Source: Thalia democratica (Eukaryota). From it: a DNA stretch of 64,000 nucleotides. The notes beneath the pieces were generated by a model. The model did not search any database. It was not told where the DNA came from and was given only the letters and a program-made list of their open reading frames with translations. Where the stretch lies: positions 40,114,001 to 40,178,000 of the forward strand of contig OZ241831.1 in NCBI GenBank assembly GCA_965202585.1. Reading direction: 5' to 3'. The position numbers and the translations under genes were made by a program. This document shows positions 23,901-35,900 of the stretch, piece by piece (positions within the stretch are counted from its first letter, which is position 1; each line of letters starts with the position of its first letter).

Positions 23901-26900
23901 TATAAAAACAAGTTTTTGAGTTAATTTAATTACCTTGTACAAAACTTACTTGAATAAAGTGAAAAAAAAGATAGTATAACATTTTGTTTTGCTAAATGTC
24001 TAATTTAAAAAAAATGTTTCTACGTTTCTATGAAGATGACAAGACGAATTTTAATTGTCTTTTAAATTGTGTTTAAATCTTACTAAAGTAAACATATGGT
24101 TTTAAATTGAGGTCGTAACTTGAGCTTATTTTCGCTGCTTATGAAAGCAAACATTATGTTATAAAACTTAATTGAAAAGTTCTTGGTTGAACTTCTTAAG
24201 TTAAATATTGTAAATATATTTGATGCCATCTAATAAAAATTTTATTCCATGCCAACTGAGTTCAATTTGAAGTCAGAATTTGAGTACAAGGAAGTACATT
24301 AAATATTATTAAATAAATGAGTATATATTTTTACGGAAAGAATTTATTATACTACCAGGTTATTAACTAGAAAAAGTTATATACAAAAAAATTTAAGTTA
24401 TTTCCTTTTTTTTTTCCACATATAAATAATAAGCTGTCATATAAAATTTATTTAAAAATAAGTTTTACATTAGAATAATTACATTTACAATATTAACAAA
24501 AGTAATTTATTGTAAAATTTAAGCTCTTGTTTAAAAGCTTTTGTAGTATGTTAAAACAGTTAGTTTAAAAAACTTAAATTGTGTAAAAGTTTTATTATAT
24601 ATGAAAAGTTGTAAAAGTGTTTAATTGTATTATAACGTCACACAGTGATGACGAGGCATCGTGCTGCAGTCTCCAGGATCACGACGGAGATTGCAAGAAG
24701 AAGAGGATGCGAAAGAAAAGAAGGAGGAAAAATGACCTCACAGTTGAAATGCCGCCAGAAATTGACAACAGAACGTCCAGCCAGAGTTCAAGTGACAGCT
24801 ACGGGTTGGTGTGCTTATAAATAAAATATTCTGATAAAAATATTCATCTATTTTAGTTGGTTATTACTTTAAAAAGACAGCTTATTACTTTACCTCATGA
24901 CTGAGTAAAAAGTAAGTAGGTTTTAGGTATTAGGCTTTTTAGGTAAATGCAATTTTAAAAATTCTTTAGTAAAATGTATTAGTGTTCTGTCAGTTATTGA
25001 TTTTTATAAAAAAAAAAATTTACATCATCAATATTTAATAAAGTTAAATAAAAAGTCTGTTAACTAGAGAATTATAGACTATATCTATATATATGTATAA
25101 GGCTTCTAAGTTCACAAGCTTAGCCGTCAATTAAAATGTAAATACCAATATGAATGTTGTAAAAGTTCAAATTCATTAAGTGATTGTATTGCACAAATTG
25201 CCACGTGTTAAGTTGGCTTGCAACTGCAAAGCTGTCCTTTTAACATCTTTATCACGCTAATCTGTTCATGCTTTAATGACGTCACAATCACACAGAGGTG
25301 CTGCGGACACAGCAGCCTTATTCCAAGCCTACTATGACGTCATAGTCAACCGGGACAGCAGGCATGTCAGCGAGAGCACCGATTATAGGTGAATTTAAAA
25401 GCGTGAAGCAAGAAAAGCTTTGATAATTTACTTTATTTGAGTTTTAATACTCTGAAAATTTGGGTTTCTATAACTTTGCTTTTAGTTAGAATTAGAGTTG
25501 CTTCAAGTTAAAAATAATACACTGTTGTGAATACCATTTGAAGCTTATAGTGTGTGTGCAATTTGGAACTAAAGTTTTTTTTTAATATTATATTGATATG
25601 AACGTGAGTTTAGAGAAATGTGCTTTTTACAATAATTGAATGTTTTGGGCTAAATTTTGAATTTTATTAGCTTTTAAAGATTACTTTTAGTTAGACATAG
25701 TATAATTTAACGATTTTGTGATTTTAATTTCTGGAAGTTTGTGCCTTCTAAATATTATTTTATTTTCTTAGTTAATATGAAAGTATTGAATATTTGGTGG
25801 GCTTCCAAAGTTTTGCTTATTTGTAAAATTAACAATTAAGATGTTAGGACTCCTAAGTAGAATGGGAAATATGCTTTGTATTTTTGCTTGTATTATAAAT
25901 GAAGTACTTTTATTTAGCTCATTGGTAGAAAACTCGATTTACACAACTTAATTATACTTAGAATGTTTTGATTACTTTATTAATTTCTAAAGTTAATTCA
26001 CTACTTTATAACTATAAGTTAAATTTGCATGTTATAATTTGTTTAGTAATAATTATATGTCCTTAAAATTTTTACACTTTTCTAAACTTGTGTTTAAAAT
26101 TTTATTCTTTTTCAAAGCATTTAAATTAAGCTACAATTATGCTATTAATTTCTTTTTAATTTTATAGTGACAAACTGCAATTAAATGCAATTTTAAATTA
26201 AAATACTTTATGCTTTAATTGATAATTGTTTTAATAACATTTGTATCTTATATTCTGATATTGCTGTTTTGAGTTACATAACTCAAATTATTAATGTCAA
26301 AACAGTTACTTCAAATGAAAATTACAAATTTCCTGAAGTTGTAAGGAGATTTATATCTTTATATAATTACTTTAGTTGTTGTAAAACCCAACCTTTTTGG
26401 TTTTCGTTTCAAGTAGGCTTAATGTTTAATATATCAGCTCTTTTTTATTCCAAATTGTCAAAACAAATTAATCCTTGAATAATCATGTTGAAAAACTTGT
26501 TTTTTTTTGCAGCTGAAATCTGTTTCATTTAATATTTTTTCTTTTTAATCATATGCATTTGAGTAATGTAATATAATGTAGCCTTTCATGTGTTTAATGT
26601 CATCACGAAACATCGTAAAAGTTATGTAAAATCACCGTTGATTAATCAATATTAGATTTTTCTGTTTCAAATTTGGATTTGACTAAACAAATCAATACTG
26701 TTCAACTGGCAGTATTAGAACAAGTATAAAAAGTTGCAGTTAGGTAACAGATAGAAACATCAGTTTCCTAATGAAATATTTATTGCTTTCCTTTTTGATT
26801 ATACGTAACCAATTGCTTGTGATTTGTTACTGTCCAAAACACTTAGGTGTTGATTGAAAACAATTTACGCAGAAAATTAATTTATTGTAACAAAAAAGAT

Positions 26901-29900
26901 AAAGAAAAATTATCAGGTTTTCGAAAATAAATTTTGCACAGGATCTCAGAATGCATCTTAGTATTACTTTAAAAATTGAAATGTTACAGTTGCAGTTACA
27001 TTTGCAGTTAGAGCTTTAACTATAAAACTTATTTAGATGCTTTTGTTTTGCATAAATATTTTTTATACGTCCTCATTACTTGTTTATAGTTGAACCATAT
27101 ATTGCACTCGATTTGCACTTGTTACATTTATTTTCTGTTTGTCTTTAGTAACAATTTTATTTTTACAAAAAAAATCTATTACATTAATAAAAAATATATA
27201 TTAAAACTACAATCACTTCATGTGCATTTTCAAATAGTTATTTAATTGTTCTGTTAAAAAATCCCTCAAAATTAAATAGATAATTTTTGTTTATTAACAG
27301 CAATTCCTAAAAGAATGATTTATGTTTTTTCATCCAAATCAACTTATTTACTACCACTATCAAACGGACAAACGTTTGTGGAAAACACAATATAAGCTTA
27401 CATAACAGCAGTATATCACAGTAACTGGGTTACGTAACAAATTCGCGCTAATTTTCACCCAGGCTATAGTATTTCAGTTACGTAAGGAGGGCTAGTAGAA
27501 AATCCTTACATAACGCAAAAACGAAGTTTCGAGCACAAATATTTATTTTCACGAGAGATTTTTTGTACTTTTTTTCCAGCTAATTCACTCAGCAAAATAT
27601 CTGGAATTTTTGTGTCTACATTACTATAAATTTTGTGATATTTTGTATTTTATATTTTCTATTACCTCCTTTTGTTTTCACTAAATAAACGTAATAAATA
27701 TATGTAAATTTTTGCATGATCATTTGAAACATAATATTTTAATTTAAAAGTATACAATTCTAGTCTTAAAAATGAGATTTAAAATAACCCATTATACATT
27801 TTTTACTATATATAATCATTATTTTAAAATATACTTCATAAGTATAAAATGTAGGTTTGACCCACTGTTTAATTCAAATAAAACTTGGTTTTTCATATAA
27901 ATTGTATTAATTAAAAGCAATTGAAGTTTAATTAAAGGTGTGTCAGAGGTTTATTTTAAATTGGCAACTGTTACAATTAATTCTCTGCGTCTTGCACAAG
28001 AAATAAAATAAAACAAGGTTTTTAATCCCTTTATACAAGAAATAAAACTGTTCTAAAAATTTAATGACAGATTATATGTATTTGATGAAACTAATTACCT
28101 TTTCATATAATTTTTTAACAAAAAGCTTATAGTTTTCTATTAGTTTTATTAAGTTCATAAAGTTTTTTTAATTATTTAACTGTTTATTTTTTACAGTGGT
28201 AAAGATACTGACCAAAGAAACTTTTTCTCTGACAGTGAGCTACAAAATAACAGGTAATTTTAAAAGAGCTAATCTAAAGTGACTAAGTATTTAAAAATGC
28301 TTTTAAATGTACCGACCACTTTTATTAGGACTGTAAAATAACAATGATTACAAAAACATTAAAAATAGTCCCTATGTTTGAAAATTTCGCAAGTTATATA
28401 GAAACCAAATGATTTTTACTATGTATATAAAAGCTTTCTATGGTCAAAACTTTAAGTTGTGTTCTAAAAATTATGCAACACACATTTAATTTTTCCAATA
28501 CTACAAAATTTAAAGAATGTTTGTTTTGAGTTTCAACCAAAAAAAATATTACGAAACTCGGTTCAGTCGAGTTCGAGTGTTGTGACGCCACAATAAATTT
28601 CACAGGTCACGTGACGAGGAAATATCGTCCAATGAGATGGCGGGAAAGTACAAGTGGGGGTGGGGAGGCCTTCCCGACGAAAATGGTTTGTTTTCGTTTT
28701 GTCATTTCGCGGTTTTTTTCACTCGAACTCGTTTTAACTCGTTGTCTTTTGTAACTTGTCTGAAGTGACTGAAAATTTGTTTTCCGAACCGAAGTGACCT
28801 TTTGTTAAATTTTTGAGTATTCGTCGTTTCCAAGGAATTGCAAAACATTTGTTTTGAGGTTTCTTAAGAAAACATTTGTTTTTTTTTTATTAAAGGTGAG
28901 TTCAAGTTTAAAAAACAAAGTGTTACCCAATTCAAACAGTAACTATTTTTTTTCAAAGTTTAATAACCTTTATATTGCTGCAATTACTATTTCTAGATAA
29001 AAACAGTATAAACTTCAGGTGAATAATGACTTTTTTCTTCTCTAAAAACTCCAGCTTTTTTATAAAGTTCAAGTAAAGATATTTATAAACAATAACTTGC
29101 GCTGATAAATTTTCAGAATTAAATCAAATTTTAACAAAAGTTTTTAACATTGTTTTTGTAATCAACATTTCTTATTATTTTCATTATCTTCAACATCTAC
29201 ACAGTTTTTTTGTTGTATTCTTATGTTATTTATCATACACGTTTTATATAACAGCCAGAGATTCATCATCGTCTAGTGGTAGCGACGATAATGTCAACGA
29301 AAATAAATTCAGTGAAAACAATGTCACTGAAAATGTTGTCACTGCAAATAATGTCACTGAAAATATTGTCTCTGCAAGCAATGTAAATGAAACAGCTGAT
29401 AAATTGCATCAGATCAACTTGAATGAACCAAATGATCAGTTCAGGTTAGTACAGCTTATACAAGTGTTGTAATGTTAAATTATTTAATTTAGATTGATAC
29501 TTTAAAGTAGTCTGCATTTTCTACTAAGTACCAGATCAATTATGTCATAAATTATTCTTAATGTTCGCTGATTAAAATTTATAATTAGCAACGAAGTAAG
29601 TTTGTAAATGGTTGTTTTATTTCCTAAATATTTTTATAAAACCAATTAAGAATACATGAAGGTATTATTCATAGGTTACTTTAGAGCAAATGACTTTTAT
29701 TTAAGTTATAACATATCATTAGTGAAATTAAATAAACGTATTACTAAAAGTAGCATTAGTCAAAAAGCACGTTAAAAACTATATATAGCTTAAGGTTAAG
29801 TTATTTAGGCTAAGTGAAAATAGGATAAAGTTTATTGAAATTAGAGTCATATTTAAGTGTTGTGGCAAAATATTTCTGTTTTACGAGAACTTACTGAACA

Positions 29901-32900
29901 TGGTTGAATGTTTGTGTGTCGTTATAATTTGTTTATGTTATTTTGTTTACGTTATAAAATTGTTATTTTAAACAGCGTTGACGAATAATGACTCATATGC
30001 GTTCAACTGTAAAGCTTGTTTTGCAAAAGTTTACTAAAGTTTACGCTAATTAATAATTATAATAAAGATAAATAGTTCTCACTTAAAAAAAAAGAATATA
30101 ACTTTTAGTATGGCATATTTATAAAATAGTTGGAGAATTATGAAACCTGAGTATATTTTTTATGTTGACAAAGTAAATTTTGATAAATGATGTATGGAAT
30201 GCTGGAAATGTTTTAAATTATTTTTTCAAGAAAAACATGAGATACCATCAAAACAATACACCTTGTGATTATATCTTAAAACTATAAATTTTTATTACAC
30301 TACCAATAAAAACAAAATTTACATATCATACTGTTGTAAAATGACATTTTAAATAAATTACAAAAGGTCTGGAGTTTCATTATAAAGGAAAACATGAGAC
30401 ATAACAAAATATTCCTTGTGATTTTATTTGATGGAATTTTATTAATAAACCTGTAGAACACAAGACAATAAATCGGCTTGTGATTTTTCTAACAGCCAAC
30501 ATTTTTATCATATTACAAATAAAACTGTTAAACTTGTGTTTTAAAGGTCAAAATTTTTATCATTAAAAAAGTTTTTGTTAACAAACCTGTAAAACACCAG
30601 ACAGTAAAATTAATTTATATGAACTCAAAAAGATATTTCATCTGTTTGAGCAATATAGTATTGCATTATTAAAATTTGAAAACAAAAGATAGCAAAACGC
30701 CGTGGAATTTTTAACATTTTAAAATTCACAAACAGAAACTGTCAAACCCGAGACAGCTTTGTGAAACTAGTTTGTATGAACTAAAAACTTCTGCAACCTT
30801 TTGCAAGTATATCGTATTGCATTAATAAAACTTTTGGAATTTTCATCATAACCAGTAAAAGTGCGAGAACGTCCTGCAAAAAGGCTTGCGACTTCCATGA
30901 ACTCAAAAATTCTGCAACGTCCACTGCAAATAATAACCGCACATTGCAGTTTATTTTATTGCACTGTATCGAGAGCACTCCTAACTTCTATAAATAGCAA
31001 CCGTGCGAAACACGAAGTTTTCCAGCATTAATCATACTCGAATGCAGAAATTGTATGCGGAATTTAAAGCGGTTTCAGAGCAGAAAACGCCTTTTTTCTG
31101 ATAAATGCGCAAATTCCAATGGCTAATATTGATTTTTTTGTGTGTGGCAACTTTTTCTTTGCACTTCATTGGTTATAGAATTTTAGCAAACAATAAAAGT
31201 TTTTTTTTTGCTGGTTTAAAATTGAGTTTGACTATAAAAAATTTTTTAGTTGGAGCTATGTCCAAAAGAAATGCAAATAGTTTTTACCAGTATTTTATGT
31301 ACACAATTTTAACACGAATTTACGTAGGTTTTTAGCAAAACAAATGTTTTAAGACGCTTTAAAACCAAATATTTGTTGAAATGTCTTACATGGTTTTTAC
31401 ACGACCAACGTATTTTTACAACTACATTAAGTACATTTATGGGTATGATAAAAAGTTTCCAATGTTTTGATGTTTACTTATGCAACGATAAAGAAAATAG
31501 CAAAATTATCTTTTGGTTATTTAAGTACTCAGTGACCATTATATATTTCTTTACTAAAAATTGCAGTAACGGCTACTTTGCCAATAAAGCTCGTTTTACG
31601 ACATTTAGCTCCACAGTAGAAGTTTTAAAAATAAAAGTGTTTAGTTTTTGTAACGATTCCGTTAACAGTTAAAAGAATAAGCCTTTTTATGTTATTATTT
31701 TTTGTTCAACATTTCTCAATTTACTCAAAAATTATAGTCTTTTATTAAAAAAATAACGTAAAAGTATGTACTACATAGTCCTAACACTATTTTTAAAATA
31801 TTTAGAAGTCTTTCTTCAGAGGAGGATAATTTTAAACTGGCTGACAATTGTGAAGAAAGTAAGTTGCATTTATATATATACAAAAATAGCATACTCATAC
31901 GCTTATTTCCCAAAACTGACGTAACAAATTACAGCAACTTATAAAATAAATTCATACTTTTCATTGAAATTACTATAAGATTAAAATAACTGAGTTAGAA
32001 TAACATTTTCTAATGTTTTTTTTTAATTGCATGTTTTCGAACAATTTATTTATGTGTATTTTTATTTTTACATTAGAAAAAAATAATATTTTAAACTTTT
32101 ATTTTCAAAACAGCCGGAGGGTGCGCGAATGATATGAAGACTCTCACAAAGACTTTGGATGAGGAAAGAGAGAGGAAAGATTCGGGACCTCTTTATTTGG
32201 ACGAAATTGATAAATTGGGGCCGCACCAAGCCGATCTCTACTTGAAAGTTTGTCAATTGATACTTTGAAAAAAATATATTAGTATAAATATAAAATAAAT
32301 TAAAATTACTATTGAAAAATTAAATTTGTAAAATATTTGCTCAGAAAAATTTCAATAAAATTATGATAGTAGTTAGTGGCTATATTTACTTTTTTTTTTA
32401 AATGTTTTATATATTTGGTATAAAAATACTTGTTTATAATATTTAAGTAGGTATAAAAAGACAACTAAAAACATCAACAATGTATCTACATTATAAGTGT
32501 TACAGTGAAAAAAAAAACTATTTGTAAACTCAACTTCATTGAAAAACTCTATCTAAATATTGTGCTTTGTACTAAGTTAGTCTTGTGGGTCAAACGTGAT
32601 AAGTATTAGGCAATATTATCCGGATTATAATATACAATTGAAATAATTAATTTACAATACTTTAATTTTATTAGTTTATCTCTTTTAACCAAAATTTTTA
32701 TCGGTCCAAAATTACAAGTTATTTAAATTATGTATTCAAGTTTAAATGACCACATGGTATCAATTGATTTAATAAAAACGTGGCTTAGTTCCCCTGATAA
32801 ATTCAATAAAGCTAATTACCTTAAATACTATCTAAAATTAGACAGACGTTTCAAGTTTATATTTTATATAAAAGTTGAAATATTGATTGTACTTGATTGT

Positions 32901-35900
32901 TTTTTGAATAAAGTAAATTTAAGCAAAGGTTTATAAATCAATAATTACGCTCTAATTTCTAAAAATTAATTTCAACTGTACTAAGTTTTACTTTTTAATT
33001 TTTCAAACGAAAAAGTTCATGTCTTGAAAAATTTATGATGGTAAATAACTTGTATATTTTTTGAATTTTTAAATCTAGATATTTTTCTTTTTGTAAAAAC
33101 AAAAATACAATGATTAGTTTTTATTTAAAAATAAGCTATTTATAAAACATGACCTATGGTTGAAAATATTAGTCAGAGCCTATTTTTGTAAAATTAATAT
33201 TATGTTTAAAAAAGTGCACTTAGTTATAAAAAACAACAGCATTAACAAAAAAACAAATTAAACCCAACTAATAATAAAAATAATCAGGTAAAAAAGGACG
33301 CTCCAGTGCAACCACCAAACCAACTCACGGACAAGAACCTCCAAATTGTCAGGGCAGTGAGTCCTGGTAGCGACAGTGGTACTGACAATACCGAGTACTG
33401 GGACAAAAAGTAAATTAAAATTGAATTTGTTTTTTGTCTGTAATTTCTAAACAATTTTTTCTTATTAAAGAGAGCACTCTAAATTTCATGTCAATCTTAT
33501 TGAAATTTACTGCCTAAATTGTATTAATATTTACGTTACCAATTGACTAGATAAAACTAAGTTATAATTAAATAATATACATGGTTTTATTGGATTAGTC
33601 CGATTTGAACAGTTGCATTGAAACTGTTTGCTGTTAGTTAATTATTTGCTTAACTTAAAACGGAAATATTTGACAGTTTACTTATGGACTGCAGATAACT
33701 CAGTTTAGTTCAACATAAATGAAAAAACAAATTAGTTCACTTATTAAACAATAAAATTTGAAGAGTGTGAAAAATAAACTTATTTATCTTTTTTAACACA
33801 GTTTCCGTTAATGTTTCTTTAACCCATATGTTTTTAATAGCTACAATCTCTATTCTTATCTTTTGTTTTCCGTAGTAGATAAAAGTGATAAATTTTTAAG
33901 TTTACCATATTGCTCTTATCTATTAAAGATGTATTTCAAAGCTGTTTATCAATTTGATTTATTGTTAAATTATTTGAAAATTGACACTTTATTTTTAGAT
34001 ATTATCACGTGTTAAAAGCCATGCAAAGTTATTCCAGTACTGCTAATTTGAAACGTGCCCGTTATATATGATCTGTATTACAGTTATAAATTCCGATACA
34101 AATTCACACAAATTAATTTGAAATATATTTTTCAACAGCAGTGAACAATGCAGTATCGATCAGATGAACATTTCGGCTTCGATGTGCGGTCTGCCAACAA
34201 CCGAAGGTTTGTAATTTGTGTCATTTGGAATAAATTGCTGCGGTTTTGTGACATCAGCTGTAATGCCGAGTTGAGTTTAGGAATAAAAAACTTTTACAGG
34301 AATATTTGAGCTGGTTGTATTATGTTTCATGAGGAATAAATTAATGTGGTTTTTGCTGTTTGCTTTACTTTTTAGTAGTGAATTGAGTTTAGTGAAAGGA
34401 AACTTTTATTCAAACAATCAAGCTTATTGTATAATGTGTGTTCATGAGGAAAAAATTACTGTAATTTTCTGGTGTTTGCTTTAGTGCTTAAGTATATGAA
34501 ATGTATATGAATAAATTGTTCAAATGATGTAATTTATAATAAACTCTTTGTATTGCACGTGGTGTATTTTGAGTTTAAAATAATGGGAATTTTTACTGTC
34601 TGAACCACATGAAAAGTAGCGAAAGTAGGAAAAAAAAATTAACACGGGAGAATAAAAAATTTAACAATTTTAATTGAAACTTAAAGTGAATTATATTTTT
34701 GCATTAGAGCCAGTATAATTATTGTTCCGAAGACTAAACTTAACCAAGCTTCAATTTAATTTTTTTTAACTGAAATAATCTGTTGTTTAAAAAATGAGTC
34801 AGATTTATTTGTTTGCCATCTAATCTCAGTGACTCACAAAAATCACGCTACATTTCAAGACATTTGATTGGCGAGTTATTTATTCTTAAGTAAATCTATC
34901 GTGATTGACAATTTCTTAACTAGCTGCACACAAAACGTGATTAATGAAAATAATTTTATAGCACCAAAAATAGTTGTGTGTATATTTGAACTTTTAGGGT
35001 TGTAAAGAACGCAGTGAAAATTTTTTACTTTCTCTTACTTGATTGGCATTTTCACGGTTGATTTTTATTGCTTCTTTACAAAAGTCATAAAAAACTTGCC
35101 CTTTAAAACTTTATTGAAAAGTGAAATTCAAACTATGTTTTACGAATAAAAAGCAACTTAATGAGTTAATTATTTCAAAAGAGGTTTTTTAAACAATTAC
35201 AAACTGTTTGAATTTTTCCTTCTTTTGCTTTACAAAAATCTCAACCACAAAATCTGTAATATGAAAATTTTAAAACACGAACATACAAATTTTCGTTGAT
35301 TTATCTTGAAAAATTACCAGCTCTCCCTATTCACACTTTGTAGCTAATTTAAAGTATTCAGATTATAAGAATGACGTTTAATATATTATATATTTCTCTT
35401 TTAAGAATAGTAAGTACACGCAGATTTGTTATTATTTAAAAACTTCCAATCAATTATTTCAAACTGTTTAAGTTTTTTTTTCCTTTTTTGTTTTACCGAA
35501 ATCTCAAGCACAAAATCTTTAAAAGTAAAATAAAAAAGCTCAAAGCACTACAGGCTTTCATTGATTAATCAATAATTTTCTCACGAGAAATAGACGGCCA
35601 GTTCTCCTTATCTACTACATAAAACTGCAATGAAATTAAGGTAATTTATCGGATTAAAACGCTCTTAAACCAAACATATTCTCCATACAGAAAAGTTCGA
35701 AGCAGACTTGTTGTCGTTCGAAAAGTTCCAGCAAGACCCGATGTCGTACATGAACAATGACAAGCTGGTAGTTAGAATAAACGACAAGCACTACACTTGG
35801 AAGCAGGCGCAACCTTTGTTGTTGTCACTCATTCTGTTCAAACAGAAACTACCCGAGGTTTGTTGGTTGTTTGTTTGCGTTTAATAAAAGTTTTTTACCT

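Noticed and set aside
29589-29595. 7-nt microexon AG|CAACGAA|GTAAGT (also a 23-nt candidate at 30457-30479)
   Set aside because: Exon 31806-31858 already restores the phase with strong sites. The 7-nt exon would frameshift, and the 23-nt one lies in a local repeat.
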